Virus record (IMG/VR): IMGVR_UViG_3300025617_000031
Span: 1 to 53,855 of that record
Length of the DNA stretch: 53,855 nucleotides
Reading direction: 5' to 3' (one strand)
From: a virus
Taxonomy: Duplodnaviria; Caudoviricetes
Shown: positions 18,474 through 28,365 of the stretch, in pieces
Position numbering within the stretch: the first letter of the stretch is position 1
Layout of the letters: the number at the start of each line of letters is the position of its first letter
Position numbers and translations under genes: made by a program
The notes under the pieces: model-generated
The model's input: only the letters and a program-made list of their open reading frames with translations
Databases searched by the model: none
What the model was told of the DNA's origin: nothing

Positions 18474-21277
18474 TATAAAATGCTTCCTGTTGTATAGTAT
18501 ACATTTGCATCAGAAATACTATCTTCGTTCCAAGTAGTTGTTATATTTGCAAATGTTCCGTTTGCGTTCACTATATTTAGTAGTGCTTTTCTGAATACTT
18601 TTGGTTCTGTCTCAACAATAATATATTCACCATTAGAAAATAAAGAAAACACATTAGAGGTGAAATGCATGTCGGACGAACTGTTGCTGATCGAAACATT
18701 AGCATCAGACAAAACTCTTTTCTCATTAGAAACTGAGGTTTCTATTGTCAAGTCGACTTCAGAATGCGACAAATAACGACCGAATAGTGCTTGTCCTGAA
18801 GGATGTACAAGAAGTTTAGCAATATCTCGATATCTTTCAAGGGCAAGTGGAGCAAGAACTTCATATGAAAATTCTTGATAAAAACGAGAATCTTGAATAA
18901 ATCCAGACTTACTTGAAATATGCGAACGTGATGTTGCATAGTAACCTTCTGCGTTTGCTACACCCAAAAGTGATACATCAATTAATGCTCTCTGTGATGT
19001 GAAAGTGTCACTTTCTTGAATTTCAAGAACCTCACCATCTTCATACGAAACACCAGAATCAATAACTTTCAGTGAAGTCATTGATCCATTAGCACCAAGA
19101 GTAACATCAATATCTGCATTATCACCAAGGATTCCTTTGTCCTCTAATCCGACTATTATACCAGAACCGACCGTAACAAGATTGGTTTGATCTGCAGAAT
19201 CATAAAATTCAATCTGAATTGGTTCCCCATTTACATAATTGATATTACTTGGAAATCTTTGGGATTGATCTTGCCAGATTCTTACGACTAACTCCAGAGT
19301 TCCTGTATTAGAACTTGCTACCTCTTTTGCCGATACTCTGACTTTAACATCACCACTAGCACCACTTGATGATTGCCGAACTCTATCGTTAGAGTCGATT
19401 GTAGTGATTTCCGAATTGCCCGTTGACCAATTTGGTGCAGTATTCTGAACCGTAAGATATACTTCACCAATACCAAGAGCTTTGATAGACGGTTCCACAA
19501 CAGAAACAGTCGGTCTGATTCGATATCCTGATCCACCAACTTCTTCTGATATTGAATCTATAGACCCAATTGTTGTAGAAATAAAATTAAGTAAATCTCT
19601 CAATGGAGTAAACTTATTTTGATGTGCAGTGTTTGCAGAAAATGTTGCAACATTACCAATCGGTGTCAAGGGATCAGTTACTTTTGCCAGTCCTTCATCT
19701 GGAATAAAGTGTTTCATTGGTCCTGTCCCAAAGTAACTAGTTGTGTTTGATGTGGTATTAGATGTTACTGTTAAAAATAATAGATCTCTAACATCACCTT
19801 GATCGTCGTTATACCCACCAGTATTAATCGTAATAATTTTTTTAACCACACCATAGGCACCAGATTTTGCACCGATTAACTCATCTTCCTCTTGAATAAA
19901 CACACCCGCATTATTTCCAATAGTGACGATGTGATGTCCGATAGTGTTCCCATAAAATTGTGATGCAGTTCCTATCACATCACCGTTCGCATATCCGACT
20001 CTGACATCTTCTCCAATTTGAAAGTTTTTGTAACCATCAATAATGAAAACACCCGCACCATCATCATCTTCTCGTATCAATTTTATAATACCATTTGCAC
20101 CACTATCGTCACCATAAATAGATGCACCAGTACCCAAATAAATAGTGTTTGCTATTTCGATCACTGCATTAGAATGTTCTCTATAATCTAGATAAGATGA
20201 CACTTCTTGATTATCTAAAGGAATACCAAGATCACTCGTACCGAGAATGATATCTTTAATCTGATCCATTTTAACTAATTGACCATTCGCAGAAGCAACA
20301 AATGGAGATGCTGTTCCAAAAATAGTATTAGAATTAAATAAAGTTGTGCAAAGAGTGATTGCAAATTTATCACTAAGGTCACTTTCATAAATTTCAAAAC
20401 TCGCAGGTTGAACACTATCCGCACCTTCAATTCTAATCAATGATTTCGCACTAAAATCAGAAGTTGTTGACGTGTATCCAGAACCACCTGTTCTGACAGT
20501 AAAGTTGATAATGCCTTTTTTATCTTCTATACCAGTGACAATTATCTTTCCATAAAGTCCTTTCTTTTCTGAGATAATATCAAACTTATCACCAATAGCA
20601 TAGTCCGCACCACCAGAAAGAATATTGAAAGAATGAATACCTGCTTCAACCGGAACAGGAACATATTCCTCATCCAATTCATCTGCAGAAACAAACTCAC
20701 TGTTTATAAAAAAACCGTTGATATTAGACAATAAAAGCAAATCGACATCTCGACCACGTACTACTCGTCGCACAACATCTTCCACAAGTGCAAACGCACC
20801 AGATTCCAATCCAGTTATAGTTTGACCAATTAGATTATAGTTTTGATCTCGGTGAACAGTGACAAGGTATCTGTCAATTCTCCAGTTTCCATCAGAAACT
20901 TTTAAAATCTGATCGGAAGGATAGTTGATCTCGACATCTTCGTTAAAAAGGATTCTAAAAAGAAGTTTGTATGCGGAAAGAGTTCCCCGAGATTGATAGA
21001 AGTCTTTAATGTGCTTTGCAAGTAATCTTTTATTAGCAACGATTGAATCTGGAATCGATGGAATGATATCTTTTCTGAAATACTCAATAAAGCTTTCTAA
21101 TGATTCATCAATATTATGATTTTGCAATAGAGTATTTGTTTGCGATATGATGCCTCTCTCTTGTTCAAGGAAGTTATAGTATGCTTCCATGAAAGAAAGA
21201 AAATTCTTCCCTTCCTCTTCGTAGAAAGAAGGGAATTGATTTCTTACCAATGCTGATATGAAATTTTCATTTTTCAT
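18473..21277 (-). CDS. gp7: Baseplate wedge initiator gp7-like protein
   Basis: QFPSFY.EEG..F..FMEAYY; KDFYQSRGT..YKLLFRILF; IQDSRFYQEFSY...LVHPSG..LFG; lies between gp6 and gp8. Confidence 0.75.
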   Translation of the reverse strand: MKNENFISALVRNQFPSFYEEEGKNFLSFMEAYYNFLEQERGIISQTNTLLQNHNIDESLESFIEYFRKDIIPSIPDSIVANKRLLAKHIKDFYQSRGTLSAYKLLFRILFNEDVEINYPSDQILKVSDGNWRIDRYLVTVHRDQNYNLIGQTITGLESGAFALVEDVVRRVVRGRDVDLLLLSNINGFFINSEFVSADELDEEYVPVPVEAGIHSFNILSGGADYAIGDKFDIISEKKGLYGKIIVTGIEDKKGIINFTVRTGGSGYTSTTSDFSAKSLIRIEGADSVQPASFEIYESDLSDKFAITLCTTLFNSNTIFGTASPFVASANGQLVKMDQIKDIILGTSDLGIPLDNQEVSSYLDYREHSNAVIEIANTIYLGTGASIYGDDSGANGIIKLIREDDDGAGVFIIDGYKNFQIGEDVRVGYANGDVIGTASQFYGNTIGHHIVTIGNNAGVFIQEEDELIGAKSGAYGVVKKIITINTGGYNDDQGDVRDLLFLTVTSNTTSNTTSYFGTGPMKHFIPDEGLAKVTDPLTPIGNVATFSANTAHQNKFTPLRDLLNFISTTIGSIDSISEEVGGSGYRIRPTVSVVEPSIKALGIGEVYLTVQNTAPNWSTGNSEITTIDSNDRVRQSSSGASGDVKVRVSAKEVASSNTGTLELVVRIWQDQSQRFPSNINYVNGEPIQIEFYDSADQTNLVTVGSGIIVGLEDKGILGDNADIDVTLGANGSMTSLKVIDSGVSYEDGEVLEIQESDTFTSQRALIDVSLLGVANAEGYYATSRSHISSKSGFIQDSRFYQEFSYEVLAPLALERYRDIAKLLVHPSGQALFGRYLSHSEVDLTIETSVSNEKRVLSDANVSISNSSSDMHFTSNVFSLFSNGEYIIVETEPKVFRKALLNIVNANGTFANITTTWNEDSISDANVYYTTGSIL

Positions 21278-23040
21278 TATTCAGAGAGTTCCCCGACAAC
21301 ACCGATAGATGTGTTATTATGATCCATTAAAAGTATTTGTTCTCTTTTAGGAATAATGTCTAATCTATCGGGCAAAGCACTAATGTTGATTGTTGCTCCT
21401 TCATATGCAGTTGGTGCAAAATCATTAATTTCTACAACTCCATCAATATAGTTGATAGTGCCAAGGTTTTTTTCAACAAACAATTTATTTTTATTCGCAT
21501 CAAACCGATACACACTGATATTTCCGATCCTATCGTCATCAATATAACATGTAGCATATCCACTATGCGAAAATGCCGTCGATTCTAAGGAACCGGGTCT
21601 TAACGGGTTATTGAACTTGAGAAAAACTCTTTGTTTATTACTAGTGTCTGGTGCAAATCTTTTTGCTAAAGAAATATTCACATCGTTGTTTAAAATTGAT
21701 GAATCTGCTCTATCGAGAAAATCTACAAATCGAGAAAATCTCAGACGGTTACCAAACCTTTCAAGGTTAAGCTCAGAAAATTCACGAACTTTTGAACGGA
21801 TAAGAGATACTAACGACGATGTAGGAATTTTAAGTGATTTCGAGTCATAGATAGTCGAAATGGTAGGAATAATGTACATATAATCTCCATCAATAATGAC
21901 GGGATCAATCGCAAGAGGAACCCTATCGAGAATAGATTCACGTAAGACAGTTTTTCTGTTTTGTGTAATAAACTGCTCACCAAAAGGTTTGACTGCAATG
22001 TAAACCTTACCATATGCAGGACGATCTGCATCCTCACCACCAAAAGCAACTACTGATTGTAGATCGGAATTTTCATTAAGAAGAATTCGTTTATAGTCAC
22101 TATTGACAACCGCACGGTTCTGGGTTTCGAAAAACCGAGGAGCATTAAATTTAATTGATTCGACCGATTCGATTCCTCGTCCACCCAGTGCCTTTTTATC
22201 AACAGTAATAGAAACTCTAGTATAAAGTTCTGATGTCAAAAGATCATCAACAGTAAATGAGTTTGCACCATTTGTCGCATTTGCATTGCATACGACGTAA
22301 TCTACTATAACAACATTACCGTTTTTTAGTGCTTTACCTAAAACACCATCACCAAATTCTAATTCAAATTTCTGATCCGGACCTTCTTGGATGAAATAAA
22401 CATTGGAATTGTTATTAACTTCTCGTACATTAGATGCTCGGACAAACTCAGTTGTTGTCGAGTCGTTCTCAGATTCTTGGACTCTTACAACGATTGATGA
22501 TGTATCCACATTTTGGTTAGGTAAAACATATCTCTGACGATTCGCACCAACATTAAAACGATGAGTCAATGGTTCACCTTCGACAATTTCGATTTGCTGA
22601 GAAAACCCAAATGCTGTACGAGTAACAAGATATGCATCTGGTGTAACGAATGTATATTGGATATCGTCGATAGTCGCAGTAAATTTAGAATTTCTTTCGA
22701 TAGTAAACTGCGTTACAGCAGGGTCAACACCTTCAAAAGAAATAGTCAATTGAGCAGTTGCACCTTTTGCGGATGTAGGAGTGTATCCGATTTCTTTTGC
22801 ACGAGATACAATAGAGTCACGAATCTGTGCAGTGTCCATGAACATTTCGTTCGCAATCATATTTAAGTAGTATGAATTATAATGTGTATTGTAAGAAAGA
22901 ACATCTAACAGGACTGCCATTGCAGAACCCTCAAAGTCATAATCTTTGAACTGAGATTGAGAACTAAGGAAATTTTTTAGATTGTCTCTGATCGAGTTGA
23001 AATCTAAATCGGAAACTTGTAAATATGTATTTGCTGACAT
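21277..23040 (-). CDS. gp6: Baseplate wedge subunit gp6
   Basis: LDFNSIRDNLKNFL..Q.QFKDYDFEGSAM.VLLDVLSYNTHY; ESIKFNAP..FETQNRAV..SDY. Confidence 0.95.
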   Translation of the reverse strand: MSANTYLQVSDLDFNSIRDNLKNFLSSQSQFKDYDFEGSAMAVLLDVLSYNTHYNSYYLNMIANEMFMDTAQIRDSIVSRAKEIGYTPTSAKGATAQLTISFEGVDPAVTQFTIERNSKFTATIDDIQYTFVTPDAYLVTRTAFGFSQQIEIVEGEPLTHRFNVGANRQRYVLPNQNVDTSSIVVRVQESENDSTTTEFVRASNVREVNNNSNVYFIQEGPDQKFELEFGDGVLGKALKNGNVVIVDYVVCNANATNGANSFTVDDLLTSELYTRVSITVDKKALGGRGIESVESIKFNAPRFFETQNRAVVNSDYKRILLNENSDLQSVVAFGGEDADRPAYGKVYIAVKPFGEQFITQNRKTVLRESILDRVPLAIDPVIIDGDYMYIIPTISTIYDSKSLKIPTSSLVSLIRSKVREFSELNLERFGNRLRFSRFVDFLDRADSSILNNDVNISLAKRFAPDTSNKQRVFLKFNNPLRPGSLESTAFSHSGYATCYIDDDRIGNISVYRFDANKNKLFVEKNLGTINYIDGVVEINDFAPTAYEGATINISALPDRLDIIPKREQILLMDHNNTSIGVVGELSE

Positions 23041-23435
23041 TATCGGACTCTTTCTAAGATTACATCTAACACAATTGGTTCTGGATCGTGCTTAATTCGA
23101 AATGCGACGGATAGTAACAATTCATTTCCATCTGGGTTATCTTCTACTAGTACTAGGATAACTTCTGCACGAGGTTCATGATTTGATATTGTTTCTTTGA
23201 CTGCGTTTTCAATTCTCTGTTTAACATCTGGTGTAAAGAGTTCGAACATAAATGCACGAATGTTGCAACCAATATTAGGTTTGTACGGTCTTTCATAAAA
23301 ATCTGTCAAGATCAAAGACTTCACGGACTGACGAACAGCATCTCTATTTATTTTGCGAGTCAATCTACTTGTGACAGGATGAGAAATAAATCCCAAGTCC
23401 AAATCACTGAAAACCTCTGAGTTTGTTTCTCTCAT
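23040..23435 (-). CDS. gp25: Baseplate wedge subunit gp25
   Basis: FSDLDLGF..HPVT...AVRQSVKSLILT..YERPY.P.IG...I.NHEPR; immediately precedes gp6. Confidence 0.93.
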   Translation of the reverse strand: MRETNSEVFSDLDLGFISHPVTSRLTRKINRDAVRQSVKSLILTDFYERPYKPNIGCNIRAFMFELFTPDVKQRIENAVKETISNHEPRAEVILVLVEDNPDGNELLLSVAFRIKHDPEPIVLDVILERVR

Positions 23436-23439
23436 CTAT

Positions 23440-23613
23440 TTATTCCGTGTTTTTTTGATTCTGAATTTCTGCACGCCTTTCTTTACATAATTTCGAAATC
23501 TCTGCAAGTGCTTTACGTGCCCTAGTACCTGCTGATTTATTACCTTCTTCAAACTTCTCACTTTCAGACTGATACGTCTCAAATAAAGAAATCAAACTCT
23601 CATGAAAATTCAT
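23440..23613 (-). CDS. Small Hc1 (histone H1-like) family protein, 57 aa
   Basis: Manual translation: MNFHESLISLFETYQSESEKFEEGNKSAGTRARKALAEISKLCKERRAEIQNQKNTE, with GNKSAGTRARK motif; SD GAGG upstream; below the ORF-track cutoff. Confidence 0.8.
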   Translation of the reverse strand: MNFHESLISLFETYQSESEKFEEGNKSAGTRARKALAEISKLCKERRAEIQNQKNTE

Positions 23614-23622
23614 AAAAACCTC

Positions 23623-23651
23623 TTGACATAATTTAGAGCACTATGTATAAT
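23623..23651 (+). promoter_or_regulatory. Perfect-consensus sigma70 promoter, antisense to the surrounding late genes
   Basis: TTGACA-17 nt-TATAAT in an intergenic gap. Confidence 0.75.
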
Positions 23652-23673
23652 AACAATGTGCCATTTGAAATAC

Positions 23674-23681
23674 TATTTATG
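23674..23681 (-). promoter_or_regulatory. Possible late promoter variant CATAAATA upstream of the Hc1-like/gp25/gp6 genes
   Basis: 7/8 match to TATAAATA, overlapping the upstream stop codon. Confidence 0.5.
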
Positions 23682-24636
23682 CTACTTGTGTTGATGGTTC
23701 TGTATATTGTTTCTGCCATGCCTTAACAACTTCTTCAAACGATAGATTAACACCCCACACACCTTTATTGAATTCGTATCGTTCCTTGACCTTATCAACA
23801 TAATTTGTTTTAGAGACACCTGTAGCATCTGCCTGTTCTCGTGTAAGAACAACTCCCTTCGTTGCCATATGTACATTCATCAGAGGAACACCCAAGATCT
23901 CTGACAATGCAACATAATAGTAAAATGTTTCTGCTTTCAACTTCTGCTTATTCTCAGGACTCAATACCTTCTTCGTGGTATACCAGTTTCCTTTCTTTGC
24001 TTTAGTTCTAACTTCTTCGATATACGATTCTTTAATCTCCTTAAATATATCTTTCGAACTACCAGTAAACACCCACACTGCTTTCCTTGTAGGATTAGAT
24101 TCTGCAGATGTCTCTGGTGCTTTAAAGTTTGCCATCAACGGACCTACTTTAGGCAACAATGGTTGTGCAGGTGTCTTGGTTGCTTTACCATCAGGTGTTA
24201 GTTCAACCTTTGGAACCTCACAGATTGCAGAAGTATTGACATTGGGTTTGAGTTTTGAAAGTTCTTCGATTCCCATATTGAGAATCTCATCGAGTGTAGG
24301 AATCTTATCTAACTCGACACCAACCTTTTCCATTGCTTCATTGATATCAACACCGATTTCATTCATTGCCTCACCGAATTCATCATTCAGTTCCGCAATT
24401 GCTTTAGAGAACTCTGCACCAGACTTGTTTAATGCTTCATTTAATTTTGTCTGAAAGTCATTAATCTCTGTCGTTGCGGATGCGAGTTCTGCATTGATTG
24501 CCGCACCCATCTCACCGATTTTACTACCGACACTACCAAGTGCATCGAGACCACCGCCCATTAATTGGGTGAGTTCATCTCCTGCCTTACCAAGGGCATC
24601 CGTTAAACTATCGGGTTTTTCGCATGGACTTGACAT
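23677..24636 (-). CDS. Hypothetical protein downstream of gp5 (helical N-terminal half)
   Basis: 319-aa ORF with SD AGGAG, co-oriented within the baseplate operon. Confidence 0.7.
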   Translation of the reverse strand: MSSPCEKPDSLTDALGKAGDELTQLMGGGLDALGSVGSKIGEMGAAINAELASATTEINDFQTKLNEALNKSGAEFSKAIAELNDEFGEAMNEIGVDINEAMEKVGVELDKIPTLDEILNMGIEELSKLKPNVNTSAICEVPKVELTPDGKATKTPAQPLLPKVGPLMANFKAPETSAESNPTRKAVWVFTGSSKDIFKEIKESYIEEVRTKAKKGNWYTTKKVLSPENKQKLKAETFYYYVALSEILGVPLMNVHMATKGVVLTREQADATGVSKTNYVDKVKERYEFNKGVWGVNLSFEEVVKAWQKQYTEPSTQVA

Positions 24637-24645
24637 CTATACTCC

Positions 24646-26031
24646 TTAACCTACTGGAGGACCGTCACCTTCAGGATCGATACCTGCGGTGTATGGGTGT
24701 GTATGTTGAGTATGTGTAATAGTTCCAACAGTAATTTCTCCACCACCATATGTCACATTACCAGTCGATGATGTTTCTGTGAGGTTAGTAGACGATTGAT
24801 TAATTGTTGTCGCAGATTCAGTCTTCGTTGTCTGCGTGGTAACATTAAACACATTCTGACCAAGTGTATATGTATTCTGAATCGTTGATGTGAAGTTCCC
24901 TGTAACAGTGTGTACCATATCACCACCAGAGAATATAGTACTCTCTTTGTATGCGATACTTGCGTGTGTTCCTGAAATAACTTCTGAGTGATTACCACCA
25001 ACTGTTTCGGCACGATTGCCAACGATGTTATGGGTTTGATTGCCCATCACACCGAGGTTGTCATCCACACCAATATTAGTTGAACGAGACTTTCCGACTT
25101 CTGTTTCTTGGTTCTGGTTCACTTTTGTTTGCCACGATGACTTAAGGTTAAAACTGGTTTCACCATCGACTTCTAAGTGATAGTTGCCCTTGATCAATTC
25201 TCTTTTGTTTCCAGTGACTGTGACATTTAAATCACCGTCGATGTAGATATTCTTTCCGTCGAGTACAAGTTCGTAATCTTTACCTACGATTTTAACTGTT
25301 CGGTCACCACCGTCAACAATCTCCTCAAAAGAACCCGATGGATGATACCGATGATATCTTCTCTGACCTTCTGTATCGTCAAACTCTACGACATGACCAG
25401 ACTCTGATTCATATACATGGTTGTATGGATACATAGGCATTGCAGACTCATCACCACCAACGAACATTTCTGTCCAAGTAGGTTCCTCATAGTATGCATC
25501 TTCTTTGTCTGGTGCAACTGTAGAAATCTTTGGAGGTGTTGCAACATTGTATTCTACCTCTGTCTCACCGTCACCTTTCAGTCTTCCTGCAACACGATTC
25601 ATCCACCATGATGTTTCATCAAAAGTAGATTCTCTTGCACCAAAATTGACATCAGAGTCGTCGATATATTTTGGGTATGCACCGAGAGGATCATTGAACC
25701 CTACATTTGTATCAGGAAGATCTGTCGGTGCACCATAGATAGTGCCGAGGATCATTGGTTCCTGTGCTCTTTCACCATCGATAAAGAACCCAATGACCCA
25801 AGAACCTTCGACAATTCCTGTCGGGGATCGACCTATACCACTAACTGATGCGGATGTGATTGAATTGACTGGAATTGCCCAAGGCAACTCTTCGGTAGGA
25901 ATCTGATCTTTATCTTCGGTGTGCCACCCAAAGCATCGCACCTTTACCCGCCCTAACTGTACAGGGTCATCACGATCTTCAACGACTCCAACAAACCATG
26001 TGAAGTCTTTCCTACCAAAGAAATCTCTCAT
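24646..26031 (-). CDS. gp5: Baseplate hub/central spike gp5 (no lysozyme domain)
   Basis: WFVGVVEDRDDP.QLGRVKVRC.G.H...LPWA; GSWVIGFFIDGE.AQEP OB fold; YPYNHVYESESGH..EFDDT; VxGN beta-helix repeats. Confidence 0.93.
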   Translation of the reverse strand: MRDFFGRKDFTWFVGVVEDRDDPVQLGRVKVRCFGWHTEDKDQIPTEELPWAIPVNSITSASVSGIGRSPTGIVEGSWVIGFFIDGERAQEPMILGTIYGAPTDLPDTNVGFNDPLGAYPKYIDDSDVNFGARESTFDETSWWMNRVAGRLKGDGETEVEYNVATPPKISTVAPDKEDAYYEEPTWTEMFVGGDESAMPMYPYNHVYESESGHVVEFDDTEGQRRYHRYHPSGSFEEIVDGGDRTVKIVGKDYELVLDGKNIYIDGDLNVTVTGNKRELIKGNYHLEVDGETSFNLKSSWQTKVNQNQETEVGKSRSTNIGVDDNLGVMGNQTHNIVGNRAETVGGNHSEVISGTHASIAYKESTIFSGGDMVHTVTGNFTSTIQNTYTLGQNVFNVTTQTTKTESATTINQSSTNLTETSSTGNVTYGGGEITVGTITHTQHTHPYTAGIDPEGDGPPVG

Positions 26032-26217
26032 TTAAAAAATGCCTAAAGTCTTCTTCTTACGACCTTTCTTCTTTGATTCTGCTAGAACTTCTTCGTGAAC
26101 AGGTTCTTTGATTTCCTGCAGGAACTCAGGTTCTGGTTGAACCTCTTGCTCCAACACTGGTTCTACAATTTCTTGTAGTACTTCTGCTTGTGATTGTCCT
26201 TTTCTTGGTAATGCCAT
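26032..26217 (-). CDS. Small hypothetical protein (acidic core, basic C-terminus)
   Basis: Fills the gap exactly between neighbouring genes; SD GGAG upstream. Confidence 0.65.
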   Translation of the reverse strand: MALPRKGQSQAEVLQEIVEPVLEQEVQPEPEFLQEIKEPVHEEVLAESKKKGRKKKTLGIF

Positions 26218-26218
26218 A

Positions 26219-27067
26219 TTACATCTCCGGTTTCTTAATGATTTTCATTGCGTCATTTGGAACATTGTCACTGATCCAATTCCAAATTTGTTTCTCGATT
26301 GCCGAGTCTTTTTCGAATCGTTTGCCTCTCTTTTTCAGAGTGACATAAGTAAAGTCCTTGATGACTGCCTTACCATTGCCACTTGTCTTGAGAGGTTTAC
26401 CATTTTCGTCTTTATAGAATACTGTCTGATCACGGTTGTTCAGAATAACTCGAACTTCACCGTCGACACCACGAGGCAGTTTTCCTTTGATGATCTCCGA
26501 CATTGTTTCTGCCGCACCGACATGAGTCTGAAGTAGAATCTTATCTGGGACAACTCGATCACGTTCTTGGTTTGCTTGTACTGCAACATAGTAATCTGTT
26601 AAAACCCAAGTGACATGGATGTTCTTCGGATCATAACCTAATGCGTTGAGCATCGGCATAATCTCTTTGATGTCTTCGATTTCTTTGAGAGTCACATCGA
26701 ACATCAGATTAGGCAGGGTACCTTTCTTTGCGGAATCAGAAACAGAACGTGCGAGTAGATTTAATCGTGCGTCTTTAACACCAGACTTCTTAACCATCAT
26801 ATGAAGGTCAAATACATCTTGAGGTTTCTTGAGATCCATTTTCAAACCACGAACCTTGATGAACAACTTCTTCAGTTCATCGACATCGAATACCTTGAAC
26901 TTATCTGCTTCCATAAACTGTGATTGTGCAAATCCTTTACCAGAACCTGCACCCCCCGCAAGGAATACGACCTGTCCGTAACGAGCACCGTTGGAATACA
27001 TGATGAGTTTCTCATCTAACTGTTCGTATTCCTTCATTTCTTTGTGTTCTTTGAAACTTAAAATCAT
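26219..27067 (-). CDS. P-loop NTPase/kinase-like protein
   Basis: VVFLAGGAGSGKG Walker A; LMFDVT Walker-B-like; NQERDRVVP lid. The ATG at 27067 overlaps the upstream TGA. Confidence 0.75.
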   Translation of the reverse strand: MILSFKEHKEMKEYEQLDEKLIMYSNGARYGQVVFLAGGAGSGKGFAQSQFMEADKFKVFDVDELKKLFIKVRGLKMDLKKPQDVFDLHMMVKKSGVKDARLNLLARSVSDSAKKGTLPNLMFDVTLKEIEDIKEIMPMLNALGYDPKNIHVTWVLTDYYVAVQANQERDRVVPDKILLQTHVGAAETMSEIIKGKLPRGVDGEVRVILNNRDQTVFYKDENGKPLKTSGNGKAVIKDFTYVTLKKRGKRFEKDSAIEKQIWNWISDNVPNDAMKIIKKPEM

Positions 27068-28365
27068 AGTTGATCCCCTGCGTCCCTCACGCAATCTATT
27101 TCTGTTGTATATGTTTCGTTCTGCATCTTGTGTCGAACTCTCGCAACAAGAAACTTTCCACTAAGATATTTATCTGCTTTTTTATCTTGCTCTTTATCAT
27201 CTTTTATAGTAGCAGGAGGAATCTCCACCTCGATAACTTGACCTACATTGATATTTGAATCACCGGGAATAACTATGGATACCATTTGATTAAAAATAAT
27301 TTCACGATATGCGTTCCTTAATGATTTTGTCTCATTGATCTTTTTAGGAACATGCGATTCTGATGCCATTATCAAATCATTGTCATGACCTGTTCTGGAA
27401 GACATCATAATGTAACGAGCATCGTTTGATACATCTGTAGATAGAAATTTTTTTTTCGAAAATGTATTGATGTTTTTGAAGTTCTTTTCATAATCAAAAT
27501 TGACAACTCTTGTGTTCTTTCGCAAGAGGTCTATATTTAGGGTTTTTGATTTAAAGTGACCATTTTCAATTTTTGATAAGTAATCTTTACCAGTTTTGAT
27601 AGAGAAACTCATAATACTCACCGCATCTGACTCGTTATTGTCTTTATCAACCACCTCATAGTTAAATGGTAGATACTTATATTTTTCCGTCACATCACTA
27701 CGAACCAAGTTATTAAGGTCTTTAAACTTAAACCCTTCGAATGTTTCGTAGAAAAAGTAATATGGAGTACGGCTGTCCGATACTGCTTCGATTCTCATCA
27801 ATTCGATTGTATCATCTACTGACATATAAGGAATAACATATTTGTGCAATCCTTTTGTTGAATCGACCTCGATTGGTTTCTTTGTATTAAAAAACTCTTT
27901 GTGAATACCAGTGATCATATTGGAAATGAGACCACCACCATTCTTACCGTATGCCCGAGAAATTTTTCGACTCTTTGTTGCGTATGCTTCTTGAGATATT
28001 CCGTGCAGAGTATATGTTTCTTCTTTTTCTTTTAATCGAGCACGGTTTGTGACTTTGTATATTGCGAATACTAACTCAATCGGTTTGTGATTCTTTCCTT
28101 CTTCATCTGTTGTTCCAAATCTCATCACAATAATACCGACACCATTGATGCCACCGATGTACTCATCTTGCGATAATCCACCGATAATATTCGATGCATC
28201 GTCAACAACAATCGCACATGTCATATAATGACTTGACAGTTCTTGGAATATGTTGATCTCAGGTGCAATCCCTTTCATATCAACATTAGTGCCATCACTC
28301 AAAATGAGAGTACAATACTCTAGATTGTAATCACCTGCGTGACGATAACCTGTTGGTGAAGACAT
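27064..28365 (-). CDS. Tail/baseplate hub protein (gp27-like)
   Basis: Located between gp53 and gp5; YFFYETFEGFKF; VIPGDSNINVGQVIEV...DKYLSGKFLVARVRH motifs. Confidence 0.65.
   Translation of the reverse strand: MSSPTGYRHAGDYNLEYCTLILSDGTNVDMKGIAPEINIFQELSSHYMTCAIVVDDASNIIGGLSQDEYIGGINGVGIIVMRFGTTDEEGKNHKPIELVFAIYKVTNRARLKEKEETYTLHGISQEAYATKSRKISRAYGKNGGGLISNMITGIHKEFFNTKKPIEVDSTKGLHKYVIPYMSVDDTIELMRIEAVSDSRTPYYFFYETFEGFKFKDLNNLVRSDVTEKYKYLPFNYEVVDKDNNESDAVSIMSFSIKTGKDYLSKIENGHFKSKTLNIDLLRKNTRVVNFDYEKNFKNINTFSKKKFLSTDVSNDARYIMMSSRTGHDNDLIMASESHVPKKINETKSLRNAYREIIFNQMVSIVIPGDSNINVGQVIEVEIPPATIKDDKEQDKKADKYLSGKFLVARVRHKMQNETYTTEIDCVRDAGDQL

Noticed and set aside
23975-24454. 159-aa + strand ORF as the target of the antisense sigma70 promoter
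   Set aside because: It lies entirely antisense to a 319-aa gene, has shadow-like S/F/L-rich composition and no SD
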